Positions 41,023 to 51,702 are shown, counted from the first letter of the stretch. The stretch is DNA of 64,000 nucleotides from Nannocystis bainbridge (GCF_028368995.1 NZ_JAQNDL010000004.1:448001-512000), one strand, 5' to 3'. A program made the numbers and translations. Notes: generated from the letters alone by a model not told the origin.

Positions 41023-42099
41023 TCAGGCGGGCTGGCCTTTGGGACAGGAGTTTTGCAGGCAGTGCTGCAGCCCGCACTTGAGGCTCGGCGTGGCGGGCAG
41101 GCGGGCCAGCTCGGGGCACACGGTCACGAGCTGGGCGACGGCGTCGGTGCCGACGCCCGAGAGCACGCACGCGGCCCCGAGGCGACGGACCGCGTGGGCG
41201 ATCTGGGCCACGGATTCGGCGTTGACGGTGTCGATCGCCTCGATCGCTTGCAGGTCGAGCACCACCCACGCGGCCTGTTGGCGCGAGATCGTCTCGGCGA
41301 GGCCGCCGATCGTCGCGGCCTGGCGGTCGCCGTCGAGGTGGCCGATCAGCGGCACCGCGAGCACGCCGTCCCAGATCTCGAGCACCGGCGAGGTGAGGCG
41401 CGCGATCTCCTGGCGCTGCGCGTGGATGACCGACATCTTGTGAAGCAGGTCGCGCTCGGCGGTGCGGCGGCGATCGGTCTCGAGCGCGAGCGTGACGGCG
41501 TCGGCGAGCGAGGCGACGAAGGCCAGCTCGTCGTCGGTCCAGACCCGCGGGCCGCCGATCGACTCGCAGCAGAGCACGCCCGACAGGCCGCCGCGCGAGC
41601 GGATCGGGGCGTCGAGGGTGGCGGACACGTCGTGCCGGCGAAAGTAGATGCTGCCGAACTCGCGGGTGCGGGGGTCGGTCTGCGCGTTCGCGGCGTCCAG
41701 CACCCGCGTGGTCGCCAGCGTGGCGAAATAAATCGGGAAATCGCAGCGGTAGAGCACGGCACCGGACGAGTGCGCGGAGGTCGCCACGTCGTACACGTCG
41801 GCGCACTCCAGGGCCGAAGCGTCGGGGGTAAAGAACCACACGCCGGCGCGATGGATGTCGAGGACTTCGGTCGCGGTCTCGGTGACGCGGCGGAGGGCGG
41901 TGGCGAGGTCGACGTCGGGCCGCTCACGGTCGCGGGACAGCTCGAGCAGCGCTCTCAGCTGGCGGGCGAGGTTGGAGTTGTCGCTCGCCGCGTCGCCGCC
42001 ACACATCAGCTCGGCGAGCACGCGCGCCCTGGCCCGGTCCGGGTCCTCTGCGATGCGGGCGGCGGCGACGATCCGCGCGGCTCGATCGAGCAGGTTCAT
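41023..42099 (-). CDS. GAF + STAS domain protein (RsbR-like)
   Basis: GAF (LDAPI..GVLCCE...RVWTDDE); STAS (SPVLEIWDGVLAVPLIGHLD, VVLDL, RLGA..VLSG). Confidence 0.88.
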   Translation of the reverse strand: MNLLDRAARIVAAARIAEDPDRARARVLAELMCGGDAASDNSNLARQLRALLELSRDRERPDVDLATALRRVTETATEVLDIHRAGVWFFTPDASALECADVYDVATSAHSSGAVLYRCDFPIYFATLATTRVLDAANAQTDPRTREFGSIYFRRHDVSATLDAPIRSRGGLSGVLCCESIGGPRVWTDDELAFVASLADAVTLALETDRRRTAERDLLHKMSVIHAQRQEIARLTSPVLEIWDGVLAVPLIGHLDGDRQAATIGGLAETISRQQAAWVVLDLQAIEAIDTVNAESVAQIAHAVRRLGAACVLSGVGTDAVAQLVTVCPELARLPATPSLKCGLQHCLQNSCPKGQPA

Positions 42100-42251
42100 A
42101 CTTCCCCTCCAGAGCGAAGTATGACCGGCAACACCGGACGCGCGAGCGGCGAAGCCGCCCGATCGACATCACATGTCCCCAGGGACAGATCGAGGGCGGC
42201 CCGGGCGCTGGCGCCTGGGCGGGCAGATCGACGGTCAAGCTCGACCGCGTG

Positions 42252-42992
42252 TCACTCGAAGGTGACGACGAAGACCTCCTGCTCGCTGTCGGTGCCGGCG
42301 GCGCCGCTGGTGGCACTGTCATCTCCGCGGCGCGCGCGACGGATCTCGACCTCGCTGCGGTAGCCGAGCGCCTCGAGGGCGTTGACCGTGGTCTGAAACA
42401 GCGGGCGGCCGGGGTCCGCGAGCACGATCCGGCCGCCCGGGCGGCACAGGCGGGCCAGCGCCGGGGCGACCTGATCGGCGAGGCCGGCCTCGTAGACGAC
42501 ATCGCTGGCGAGCACGAGGTCGGCGGTGCCGAGGGCGGCGACCAGGGCGTCGGGGTCGGCGACGTCGCCCTGGTGATAGGCGATGACGGCGTCGTTGAGG
42601 GCGGCGTTGCGGCGCAGCAGGGCGAGCACGTCGGGGTGGGCGTCGCAGGCGAGGACGTGAGCGCCGAGGCGGGCGGCGACCAGGCCGGGCAGGCCGAGGC
42701 CGCAGCCGACCTCGATGACCCGGCGGCCGCGGACCAGCGCCGGTCGCTCGCCGAGGTGGGCCGCGAGCGCGCGGCCTGCCGACCACAGGGTGCCGAAGTA
42801 CGGGACGAGGCGCAGCGCCTCGGCGTCGTCGAGGCTGCGGCCGACCTCGTCGCACAGGGCGTCGATGGCGGCGTCGAGGCTGGCGACGACGTCGAGCTCG
42901 ACGACGACGCCGCCGCACAGCTCGCGGACGCGGCGCAAGGGGTAGTCGAAGCGGCTGCCCGAAAGGACAGGTGAAGCGGCGGGGGGGGTCAT
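42252..42992 (-). CDS. Class I SAM-dependent methyltransferase (METTL21/lysine MTase-like)
   Basis: PYFGTLWSAG, VIEVGCGLG, DLVLASDVVY, LADPGR. Confidence 0.85.
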   Translation of the reverse strand: MTPPAASPVLSGSRFDYPLRRVRELCGGVVVELDVVASLDAAIDALCDEVGRSLDDAEALRLVPYFGTLWSAGRALAAHLGERPALVRGRRVIEVGCGLGLPGLVAARLGAHVLACDAHPDVLALLRRNAALNDAVIAYHQGDVADPDALVAALGTADLVLASDVVYEAGLADQVAPALARLCRPGGRIVLADPGRPLFQTTVNALEALGYRSEVEIRRARRGDDSATSGAAGTDSEQEVFVVTFE

Positions 42993-43140
42993 GGTCGGGG
43001 AGGGGGTCCGAAGGGACAGGCGAGGTGCGGGTCAGCGGTCGCGCGGGACCGTGGAGAATGGCTGCCCGAAAGGACAGGCGAAGAGACGGGGTTGCGAGGC
43101 GGAGGGGCGGGTGTTCCTCGTGGATGTCCGAAGGGACAGG
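42954..43140. repeat. Dispersed 14-bp palindromic units
   Basis: Core pairs at 42954/42968, 43061/43075 and 43123/43137 (e.g. TGTCCGAAGGGACA). Confidence 0.8.
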
Positions 43141-43156
43141 TGAACCTTCGCCCGCG

Positions 43157-44197
43157 TCAGCGGTCGATCGTGAGGACCACCTTGCCGAACTGTTCGCGGC
43201 GGTCGAGGTAGCGGTGGGCGGCCTCGGCCTCGGCGAGGGGGAAGGTGCGGTCGAGGATGGGCTTCAGCTCGCCGCGGCCGACGTGGGCGAGGATCGGGAA
43301 CAGCATCGACTTGCTGCCCATGGTGCTGCCGAGGACCTGCAACTGCCGGAAGAACACCTGGCGCAGGTCGGTGGTGGCGGCGTGGCCCGAGGTCGCGCCG
43401 CAGGTGACGACCGCGCCGCCGCGCTTGCAAAGGCGCAGGCTGGCCTCCCAGGTGGCGGCGCCGGTGTGCTCGAACACGACGTCGACGCCGCGCTTGTGCA
43501 CCCACGGCACGCCCCGCACGCGCCGCTCCCACTCGGGGTCGTCGCTGCGGAAGGTGAGCTCGGCCCCGAGCTCGCGCGCGCGGGCCAGCTTGGCGTCGGT
43601 GCTGGCGAGGGCGATCACGCGGGCGCCGAACAGGCGGGCGATCTGCAGGCCGGCGACGCCGACGCCGCTGCCGACGGCGTGGATCAGGACCGTCTGCCCG
43701 GGCTTCACCTGCGCGCGCGCGACCAGCATCTGCCAGGCGGTGAGGAAGGTCAGCGGGACGGCGGCGGCGCTGACGAAATCGAGGTTTTCGGGCTTGGGCA
43801 GCAGGTTCTGGGCCGGCACGGCGATCTGCTCGCAGTAGCCGCCGGGGAGCTGCTCGCCGAGGATGCCGTACTTGGGGCACAGGTTGTCCCAGCCCGACAG
43901 GCAGGCCTCGCACTGGCCGCACGAGACGCCGGGGCTGACGACGACCTCGGCGCCGACCCTGGCCGGGTCGACGCCGGGACCCACGGCGGTGACGACGCCG
44001 GCGATGTCGCAGCCGAGCACGTGCGGCAGCGGCAGCTTGAGGCCCGGCAGGCCGCCGCGGACCCACAGGTCGAGGCGGTTGAGGGCGCAGGCGCGGACCT
44101 CGACCAGCGCCTGACCGGGGCCGGGCTCGGGGTCGGGCAGGTCGGCGAGCTCGAGGACGCTGGGGTCGCCGTGGCGGCGGAGGACGACGGCTCTCAT
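43157..44197 (-). CDS. Zinc-binding alcohol dehydrogenase / MDR oxidoreductase
   Basis: CGQCEAC..C structural zinc motif, GSGVG, FGKVVL. Confidence 0.92.
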   Translation of the reverse strand: MRAVVLRRHGDPSVLELADLPDPEPGPGQALVEVRACALNRLDLWVRGGLPGLKLPLPHVLGCDIAGVVTAVGPGVDPARVGAEVVVSPGVSCGQCEACLSGWDNLCPKYGILGEQLPGGYCEQIAVPAQNLLPKPENLDFVSAAAVPLTFLTAWQMLVARAQVKPGQTVLIHAVGSGVGVAGLQIARLFGARVIALASTDAKLARARELGAELTFRSDDPEWERRVRGVPWVHKRGVDVVFEHTGAATWEASLRLCKRGGAVVTCGATSGHAATTDLRQVFFRQLQVLGSTMGSKSMLFPILAHVGRGELKPILDRTFPLAEAEAAHRYLDRREQFGKVVLTIDR

Positions 44198-44208
44198 GGC
44201 GGCAGCTC

Positions 44209-44356
44209 CAGGTGCGAGGGACAGGGCGAAACGGACAGGCGAGGACCGCGGTCGGATGCTGAGAGGGAAGGATCGCGGAGGACAGGGCGAAACGGACAGG
44301 TCGGAGAGGACAGGTCGGAGAGGACAGGTCGCGGAGGACAGGTCGGAGAGGACAGG
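44209..44356. repeat. 14-bp-period array, GGACAGGTC variant
   Basis: CAGG at 44222 and 44236, then 44283, 44297, 44311, 44325, 44339, 44353. Confidence 0.9.
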
Positions 44357-44362
44357 CGAGCG

Positions 44363-45355
44363 TCAGCGAAGGGCGGCGAAGTTGACGTTCTCGCCGTCGT
44401 GCACGGCGTCGACGAACTCCTGCACGACCGCGCTGATGTCGCCCGAGCGGGCCTTGCCGGCCTTGATCGCCTGCGACAGGGCGTCGGCGGCGGCGGCGTA
44501 GTCGGCCAGGCTCTCGGCGAACTGCGGCAGCCAGAACACGGCCGACGCGGCCTTCGGGTCGGAGTCGTAGGCGGCGCGGAACTCGGCGTAGGCGCCGGTG
44601 AAGGCGCCGTGGAAGGCCTCGCACACGCCGGCGGTGAACTCGTCGTGGTCGCCGATGCAGCGCACGTACGGCTTGGCCTGGATGAGGGCGTTGCGGGTGT
44701 GCCACTCGAGGCCGGCGCCGACGCGGGCCTCGATCTCGGCCAGGACCGCGGCGTCGAGCCGGCCCTGGCGGGCGGCGATCTGCTCCTCGAGGCCGCGCCG
44801 CGACTCGTCCCAGGCGCGGTAGGCGTCGCTGAAGTTGTTGTAGATCGGCGAGCGCTCGCCGTCCTCTTCGATCGAGGATGACCTGTGCGACATGTCCTCG
44901 CGGACAGCGTCGATGGTGGCGGCGAACACTTTGGAGGTGTCGTTGTAGACCGCGGCGGCCTGCTCGAGCGCCGGCTGCGGCGGCTTGAGCAGCGGCCCCT
45001 CGCGCTCGGCCTTGTCGCACTGGCCGAGCGCCTCCGGCGGGATCTCGGCCGGCGGGGTGCGGGTGCGCCCGGCGAACGCGGCCGCGCCCTCGCGGTAGGC
45101 GTCGTACAGCGGCACGCGGGTGGCGCCGACGCAGTCGACGTAGAGCCGGAGCTTGTTGAGGACGAGCTCGGGCGGCAGCCGGTCGGGCTCCTCGGGCCGC
45201 TTCTTGTCGGTCGAGGTCAGGCCCTGCTGCAGGCGCTCGCTGATCTGCCGCTGGAGCCCCGCGACGCCGCCGTTGCAGGCGAGGCCGGCGCACAGCGGCG
45301 CGGCGAGCAGCAGCCCGCGGAGCCGAGAGTCGTGCGTGGCCGGGCCCAGGGTCAT
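44363..45355 (-). CDS. Helical lipoprotein (YiiG/DUF3829-like)
   Basis: GLAC lipobox; NKLRLYVDC; all-helical pattern. Confidence 0.6.
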   Translation of the reverse strand: MTLGPATHDSRLRGLLLAAPLCAGLACNGGVAGLQRQISERLQQGLTSTDKKRPEEPDRLPPELVLNKLRLYVDCVGATRVPLYDAYREGAAAFAGRTRTPPAEIPPEALGQCDKAEREGPLLKPPQPALEQAAAVYNDTSKVFAATIDAVREDMSHRSSSIEEDGERSPIYNNFSDAYRAWDESRRGLEEQIAARQGRLDAAVLAEIEARVGAGLEWHTRNALIQAKPYVRCIGDHDEFTAGVCEAFHGAFTGAYAEFRAAYDSDPKAASAVFWLPQFAESLADYAAAADALSQAIKAGKARSGDISAVVQEFVDAVHDGENVNFAALR

Positions 45356-45459
45356 TGCGAGCGGCAGAGCAGCGTGCCAGGGCCGACCGCGCCCCGCAAG
45401 CGCCCGGGCGGCCAGCGAGCCCGTCGACGCGGCGCGGAGGTCATGAGGAACGGCGCGCG

Positions 45460-46515
45460 TCAGACCCAGTGCGGGTCTTCGGGGACGATGATGCGCAGGT
45501 AGTGGAAGAGGTTGCGGATCCGGTAGTGATCGGTCGACACGTACTCTTCGCCGTCGATCTGCGAGGGGACCGGGCCCATGCCTGCGGGGCGGAAGATCTT
45601 GACCTCGATCTGCGAGCCGCGCGGGATCTGCTTGGGCGCGAGGCCGAGGACCGCGAGGTCGTCCTGGGTCACCGGGTTGCGCTTGTGGGCCCGGATCGTG
45701 ATGGCGCCCCAGTCGGCGGGGTTGTCGACGATGATGACCTCGAACTTGCCGTCGTCGGGCTTGCTGGTGGGGTCGAAGATCCAGTCGCCGCCGTACAGGA
45801 CGGTGCCCTTGATGACGATGTCGTTGATGCCGCCGAGCTCGCGGGTCTCGCCGTCAATGGTGATGATCGCGGCGAAGCGGGCCTTGCCGATCAGCGACTT
45901 GAGGGCGTTCTTGGCCAGGCTCGACAGGCCGGCGCGGATGTACACCAGCTTGTCGCGGTAGAGCTGGCGCAGAACCGGGATCTTGGCGACGATCTTGCGG
46001 TCGCGGTTGCGCTTGGCCAGGATCTGCGCCGAAAGGCCGAGGCCCCAGCTGTCGAACCAGAGGTCCTGATCGACGACCTCGCCGGCGGCGTCGATGGCCT
46101 CGACCTGGCCGACGTCGAGCCACTGCTCGACGCCGCCGGCGATGATGGCGATGTTGTGGGGCAGCGCCTTGAGGCCGGAGTGGATGCCGAAGCTGCGGCC
46201 CTGGTCGTTGGCGGTGCCCATCGGCAACATGCCCATCGGCGTGTCGCTGCCGCAGCGCTCGCGGGCGAGGATGATGCCCTTGGCGGTCTCGGCGAAGGTG
46301 CCGTCGCCGCCGAGGTAGATCACCCGGGCGACGTCGCCGCGCTCGAGCCGTTCGGCGAGCGCCGCGACCGTGGCTCCCTGCGGAAGCGTGGAGAAGAACT
46401 CGGGCTCGAGGCGGGCCTTCGTCAGACCCTCCATCGCCGCGGCGATCGCCGCCTCGGCCTTGCCGCTGCGAGCCGTGGGGTTGCCGACGAGCAGCGAGAC
46501 GCGAGGGCGAGGCAC
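45460..46515 (-). CDS. Diacylglycerol/lipid kinase family protein
   Basis: NPTARSG, GGDGT, LPMGTAND, IDGE. Confidence 0.92.
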   Translation of the reverse strand: MPRPRVSLLVGNPTARSGKAEAAIAAAMEGLTKARLEPEFFSTLPQGATVAALAERLERGDVARVIYLGGDGTFAETAKGIILARERCGSDTPMGMLPMGTANDQGRSFGIHSGLKALPHNIAIIAGGVEQWLDVGQVEAIDAAGEVVDQDLWFDSWGLGLSAQILAKRNRDRKIVAKIPVLRQLYRDKLVYIRAGLSSLAKNALKSLIGKARFAAIITIDGETRELGGINDIVIKGTVLYGGDWIFDPTSKPDDGKFEVIIVDNPADWGAITIRAHKRNPVTQDDLAVLGLAPKQIPRGSQIEVKIFRPAGMGPVPSQIDGEEYVSTDHYRIRNLFHYLRIIVPEDPHWV

Positions 46516-46705
46516 GGCGGCGGAAGGCTAAACCTCCGGGCCCGCGGCGGGCAAGTCCGCGCGAGGGAGCGCACGCGTCGCGCGGCCGGGTCGCGCCGGC
46601 CGCCGGGCCCCGGTCGCGTCCTGCTTCGGGTTTCAGCGCCCCGCACCCGGGGAGGTCACGCGAGCGCGACGCGCAGCCGCCGCGCGGATCTGATACCCAA
46701 CCGGG

Positions 46706-48979
46706 ATGCTCCGCACCCTCCCCGCAGCGCTGCCTTCCAGCCTCACCCTCGTGCTCCTGATCGCCGGTTGCGCCGGCAAGGGCGCCGACTCGGCCACGCC
46801 GAACGGCGGCGGCGAGAGCGTGACCCAAGAGCCAGATCAGGCCAAGGCCACGGTCAAGTTCGAGAACCCCGGCGGGATGTGGATGCCCGGGCAGATGACG
46901 GCCCACGCGGAGACGCTGAAGAGCCTCGGGCTCACCTACGACCCGGCCGCGCTGACCGACCCGACGGCGTTCCCGCTCGGCGCGATCGTCAGCCTCGGCG
47001 GCTGTTCGGCCTCGTTCGTGTCGCCCGAGGGCCTGATCGTCACCAACCACCACTGCGTGACGCGCTACCTGCAGTCCAACTCGACGCCCGAGAACAACCT
47101 GCTCGATAACGGCTACCTGGCCAAGACCCGCGCCGACGAGAAGTCGGGTGGCCCGGCGGCGCGCGTGTTCGTGACGACCGCGTTCACCGACGTGACCGAC
47201 AAGGTGGTCGGCGGGCTCGAGGGCGTGGCGGACGACAAGCGCGGGGGCCAGATCGAGGATCGCCGCAAGCAGCTGGTCGGCACGTGCGAGGGCGGCCGCG
47301 CGGGCGTGCGCTGCACGGTGGCGAGCTTCTACGAGGGGGCGCAGTTCTACCAGATCGAGCAGACCGAGCTCCGCGACGTGCGCCTGGTGTACGCGCCGCA
47401 CGAGGGCATCGGCGTGTTCGGCGGCGACATCGACAACTGGCGCTGGCCGCGTCACACCGGCGACTTCTCGTTCCTGCGCGCGTACGTCGGCAAGGACGGC
47501 CAGCCGGCCGACTACTCGCCCGAGAACGTGCCGTTCAAGCCGAAGCACCACCTGAAGGTGGCGACCGACAAGGCGACCGAGGGCAGCCTGGTGATGGTGG
47601 CCGGCTACCCGGGCCGCACGCAGCGGCTCAAGACGTCGGCCGAGGCGCAGCAGGCGGCCGACTGGTACTACAGCCGCCAGATCCAGCTGTACGAGGAGCT
47701 GATCGCGGTCATGGAGGGCATCGGCAAGCTGGACCCGAAGGCGTCGATCGCCGGGGCGTCGCGGCTGCGCGGGCTCCACAACTACCTGCTCAACTTCCGC
47801 GGCATGCGCGACGGCCTGGTCAAGGGCGGGGTGGCCGGCGACAAGGCCCGCATCGAGGGCGAGCTGCAGACTTGGATCGAGGCCGACGAGGCGCGCAAGG
47901 CCAAGTACGGCGACGTGCTGGCGCAGATGGCGGCGCTGACGACCGAGAAGGCCAAGACGCGCGAGCGCGACGCGGCCCACGACGAGCTGGTGCGCGGCTC
48001 GCTGCTGCTCGGTGCGGCCGAGACGATCGTGCGCCTGGCCGACGAGCGGGCCAAGCCCGACGACCAGCGCCGGCTCGGCATGCAGACCCGCGACGAGCGG
48101 GACCTCGAGCAGTCGATGCAGGCGCTGCAGGCCAACTACCACCCCGACCTCGATCGCGCGGTGTTCCGCCTGTACCTGCAGCGCGCGTCCAAGCTGCCGG
48201 AGGCCGAGCGGCCCGAGGTGCTGACGGCGATCGTCGGCAAGAAGGGCACGATCACCGACCTCGACATCGACCGCGCGCTCGACAAGCTCTACAAGGCGAC
48301 CAAGCTCGGCGACGCGGTGGTCCGGCTCGAGGCGCTGCGGGCGGCCAGCACCAAGTCGATCAAGGCCAGCAGCGATCCGTTCATCAAGCTGGCGCTCAAG
48401 CTGAAGCCGCTCAACGAGGCCAACAAGAAGCAGAGCGAGGCGACCACCGGGGCGATGGCCTCGCTGCGCCCGCGCTACATCGAGGCGCTGCGCGCGTTCC
48501 ACAACGGGACGCTGGCGCCCGACGCCAACTCGACGCTGCGCGTGACCTTCGGGACCATCCGCGGCTACTCGCCGTCGGCCGGCGCGCCGGTCTACAAGCC
48601 GTTCACCTCGGTGTCGGAGATGGTGAAGAAGAACACCGGCGAGGAGCCGTTCGCGGCGCCCAAGGGGGCCCTCGACGCGGTCTCGGCCCGGCGCTTCGGG
48701 CCCTACGCGGCGCCGGAGCTCGGCGAGGTGCCGGTCAACTTCCTCGCCGACCTCGACATCACCGGCGGCAACTCGGGCTCGGCGACGCTCAACGCTCGCG
48801 GCGAGATCACCGGCCTGGTGTTCGACGGCAACATCGAAGCGATGGCCAGCGACTGGGTGTTCATGCCGCCGATCACCCGCTCGATCCACGTCGACATCCG
48901 CTACGTGCTGTGGGTGATGGACGCGGTCGACGGCGCCGACCACCTGCTCACCGAGCTCGGCGTGACCCCGGCGGTCTGA
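46706..48979 (+). CDS. S46 family dipeptidyl peptidase (lipoprotein)
   Basis: GGMWMP, TNHHC, DNWRWPRHTGDF, DITGGNSGS, GLVFDGN. Confidence 0.95.
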   Translation: MLRTLPAALPSSLTLVLLIAGCAGKGADSATPNGGGESVTQEPDQAKATVKFENPGGMWMPGQMTAHAETLKSLGLTYDPAALTDPTAFPLGAIVSLGGCSASFVSPEGLIVTNHHCVTRYLQSNSTPENNLLDNGYLAKTRADEKSGGPAARVFVTTAFTDVTDKVVGGLEGVADDKRGGQIEDRRKQLVGTCEGGRAGVRCTVASFYEGAQFYQIEQTELRDVRLVYAPHEGIGVFGGDIDNWRWPRHTGDFSFLRAYVGKDGQPADYSPENVPFKPKHHLKVATDKATEGSLVMVAGYPGRTQRLKTSAEAQQAADWYYSRQIQLYEELIAVMEGIGKLDPKASIAGASRLRGLHNYLLNFRGMRDGLVKGGVAGDKARIEGELQTWIEADEARKAKYGDVLAQMAALTTEKAKTRERDAAHDELVRGSLLLGAAETIVRLADERAKPDDQRRLGMQTRDERDLEQSMQALQANYHPDLDRAVFRLYLQRASKLPEAERPEVLTAIVGKKGTITDLDIDRALDKLYKATKLGDAVVRLEALRAASTKSIKASSDPFIKLALKLKPLNEANKKQSEATTGAMASLRPRYIEALRAFHNGTLAPDANSTLRVTFGTIRGYSPSAGAPVYKPFTSVSEMVKKNTGEEPFAAPKGALDAVSARRFGPYAAPELGEVPVNFLADLDITGGNSGSATLNARGEITGLVFDGNIEAMASDWVFMPPITRSIHVDIRYVLWVMDAVDGADHLLTELGVTPAV

Positions 48980-48993
48980 GGCCGCGGTGAAAC

Positions 48994-49035
48994 GAGCACG
49001 ACCCCGGGGGCGCGGCTCCCGGGGTCGTTCTTCTT
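48994..49035 (+). terminator. Putative intrinsic terminator
   Basis: ACGACCCCGGG / CCCGGGGTCGT stem followed by TCTTCTT. Confidence 0.65.
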
Positions 49036-49136
49036 CATGGTGCGAGCACGACGCGAGAGCGCGGCCTTCGGCGCCGCGGCCTTGCGCTTGTCGCCCGCGC
49101 GGGCCCGGCCTAGGCTGGGGAACCGGAGGAGCGCCC

Positions 49137-49958
49137 GTGAACCTCGTCTGCCCGCGGATCACCAGGGACATGCTCGCGCGCGACTGCGCGGCGCTCGGCG
49201 TCGGGCCGGGCGACACGGTGATGGTGCACGCGTCGCTGCGCGCGGTCGGGCCGCTGCTCGGTGGGCCCGATGCGCTGATCGACGCGATCCTCGAGGCGGT
49301 CGGCGCGGCGGGGACGATGATGGTCTACCTCGGCTGTCCTTCGCCGTACGACGACCTCGGTCGCGGGCTCTACTCGGCCGAGGACGAGCGCTTCATCGAA
49401 GAGCACTGTCCGCCGTTCGACCCGTACCTGACGCGGGCGAGCCGCGATTTCGGGATCCTGGCCGAGTTCTTCCGCGGCCACCCGCGGGTCCGCTGCAGCG
49501 CCAATCCGGGCATGCGCATGGCCGCCGTGGGGGCGCGCGCCGAATTCCTGACCCGCGACCACGGGCCGGACTTCGGGCTCGGCGAGGGCTCGCCGCTGGC
49601 GCGGCTGTGCGACGTCGGCGGCAAGGTGCTGCTGGTCGGCTCCGACCTCGACCAGGTGACGCTGCTGCACTACGCCGAGGCGGTGGCGTCGATCGAGGGC
49701 AAGCGGCTGGCCCACGTGCGCGTGCCGGTGCTGCGCGAGGGGGTCCGCGTGTGGCAGGACGCCGTGGAGTTCGACACCAACCACGGGATCTGCGACTGGC
49801 CCGATCGGTTCTTCGGCACGATCGTGGAGGGGTTCATCGCCGCCGGTCACGCGCGCAGCGGGCCGATCGGCCAGGCGGGCTGCCACCTGCTGCCGGGCCG
49901 CGCGTTGGTCGAGTTCGCGGCGCCGATCATGGCGGCGACGGCGCGGCAGGCGGGGTGA
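49137..49958 (+). CDS. Aminoglycoside N(3)-acetyltransferase family protein
   Basis: VMVHASLRAVG..GG, GEGSPL, TLLHYAE; GGAGGAG RBS before the GTG start. Confidence 0.88.
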   Translation: MNLVCPRITRDMLARDCAALGVGPGDTVMVHASLRAVGPLLGGPDALIDAILEAVGAAGTMMVYLGCPSPYDDLGRGLYSAEDERFIEEHCPPFDPYLTRASRDFGILAEFFRGHPRVRCSANPGMRMAAVGARAEFLTRDHGPDFGLGEGSPLARLCDVGGKVLLVGSDLDQVTLLHYAEAVASIEGKRLAHVRVPVLREGVRVWQDAVEFDTNHGICDWPDRFFGTIVEGFIAAGHARSGPIGQAGCHLLPGRALVEFAAPIMAATARQAG

Positions 49959-49963
49959 GCGAA

Positions 49964-50056
49964 GGGACATGTCCGATGGGACATTCCCTCGAGGACATGG
50001 GCTTCGGGGCAGGTCTTTGGGAGCATGTCCGATAGGACATGACGTGAGGCGACATG
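49964..50056. repeat. 14-bp-period palindromic array (6-7 cores)
   Basis: Cores at 49968, 49982, 49996, 50010, 50024, 50038 (and 50053). Confidence 0.9.
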
Positions 50057-50119
50057 GGCCGGCGCCGACGCGACGAGCGTGGCCGGCGTGCTGACCCCCA
50101 GCGCGGGGGAATGCGCCGC

Positions 50120-51589
50120 TCACGGCATGCGGACGACCGGCGGGGGCACCCAGTCGCCGCGCAGGACCGGCTCCTTGGGCCAGTAGAGGCGCATGATCAG
50201 GTTGAACGGGCCGGCGGGCGCGGGCAGCCAGTTGGCCTCGCGGGCCTTGCCGGGCGACTCGTGCTGGATGTAGAGGTCGAGCGAGCCGTCGCGGTTGCGC
50301 TTCAGCTTGTCGCGCTGGCCGAGGCCGTAGCGATCGAGCGGGTTGTCGACGAAGTAGTGCTGGGCGTCGTAGAGGGTGACCGACCAGAAGCCCGCGACCG
50401 GCGGGGTCTCACCCTTGTCGAAGTGGAGGACGTAGCGGCTCGCGCCGGTCAGCGGCTGGCCCTCGCCGTCGACGCTGGCGACCGGATAGACAGCGTCCTG
50501 CGGCAGGTTGGCGCCGAGGCCGACCTCGGCGATGAGGGCCCGCAGCTCGTAGTCGACGCCGTACTGGCCGATGTCGGTGGTGATCCGCCAGCCGTTGACC
50601 TGGTCGCCCGGCAGATGATGGGCCGCGGCCGCCAGCTCGGCGCGAGCGTCGGCGAAGCCCTCGTCCAGCGCCAGGGTCTCGGCCGGCGTGAGGGCGTCCG
50701 GGTTCCACGGCCGGCCGCGCTCGAGCCGGAGCTCGCGCATGGCCGCGACCATGGCGGCGTCGGCCTCGGCCGGCGGGTTCTCGGGCAAGAGCTCGGCGAC
50801 GCGGGCGAGGAACGCCTCGGGGGCCATGGCGAGGACCTGCTGCGGGGGCGGGGTGCTGACGTCGACGCCGGTGGTCAGCGGCGTGGGCTCGGGCGCGACG
50901 GCCATCGGGCCCCAGCCGGACAGCGGGGTGAGCTTGTACTGATCTTGCAGCTTGTGGACGGCGAGGGTGTCGAGCTCGCTGGTGACCTCGGTGCGGCCGA
51001 TGATCCAGACGATGTCGGTCGGGGCGCGCAGCTCGACGAGGCCTTCGGGCAGCGCGCCCTGCCAGGTCGGTCCGACCACGGCGAACTGCTGGGCCTTGTT
51101 GCCGGTGGTGCGCGTGCCGGGCGAGGCGAACACGTTGGTCCAGGCGTCGAGCATCGGCATGAGCCAGTAGCGCTTGCCCATGTCGGGGACGCTGAGCACG
51201 ACGGGCTCGCGGGCGAGGTCGAGCCAGGCCGAGGAGTAGAGGGTGTCGGCGTTGGGGCTGACGACGTCGTGGAACTTGGCGCTGGGGAAGGCGCGCAGGT
51301 GCTGGAAGCTGTTGACCGCGGTCTGCGAGGTCATGACCTGGCGGGTGAGGTCCATGAGCACGAGCGGGTAGGCGAAGGTGTAGACCTGCTGGGCGATCCG
51401 GCGCAGCCGCGGATCGGCGGTCGGCTCGGGCGGCGGCGGCTCGGGTGCCAGCTCGCGGACGGGCTCGACCGGCGCTGCCACCTGCGGCGCGGGCGCGTGG
51501 GCGAGGCTGCGACCGCGGTGACAGGCGAGGGCGAGCAAGCCGAGGGCGAGGACCGGGACGAGCGAGCGGCAGGACGGGCTCCGGTGCAT
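50120..51589 (-). CDS. DUF1254/DUF1214 lipoprotein
   Basis: LALAC lipobox; PNADTLYS, GLGANLPQDAVYP, FWSVTLY, NWLPAP, MRLYWP. Confidence 0.92.
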   Translation of the reverse strand: MHRSPSCRSLVPVLALGLLALACHRGRSLAHAPAPQVAAPVEPVRELAPEPPPPEPTADPRLRRIAQQVYTFAYPLVLMDLTRQVMTSQTAVNSFQHLRAFPSAKFHDVVSPNADTLYSSAWLDLAREPVVLSVPDMGKRYWLMPMLDAWTNVFASPGTRTTGNKAQQFAVVGPTWQGALPEGLVELRAPTDIVWIIGRTEVTSELDTLAVHKLQDQYKLTPLSGWGPMAVAPEPTPLTTGVDVSTPPPQQVLAMAPEAFLARVAELLPENPPAEADAAMVAAMRELRLERGRPWNPDALTPAETLALDEGFADARAELAAAAHHLPGDQVNGWRITTDIGQYGVDYELRALIAEVGLGANLPQDAVYPVASVDGEGQPLTGASRYVLHFDKGETPPVAGFWSVTLYDAQHYFVDNPLDRYGLGQRDKLKRNRDGSLDLYIQHESPGKAREANWLPAPAGPFNLIMRLYWPKEPVLRGDWVPPPVVRMP

Positions 51590-51702
51590 CGGGCAAGGCT
51601 GGCCGAGGCCCGCCGCGGCGCAAGCAGGCGGGCGGGCCGGAAGCGGCGATGCGGGGCGGCAATTGCGGGCTGCAGGTCGAGGACGGCGCGGCCGTGCGTC
51701 AG

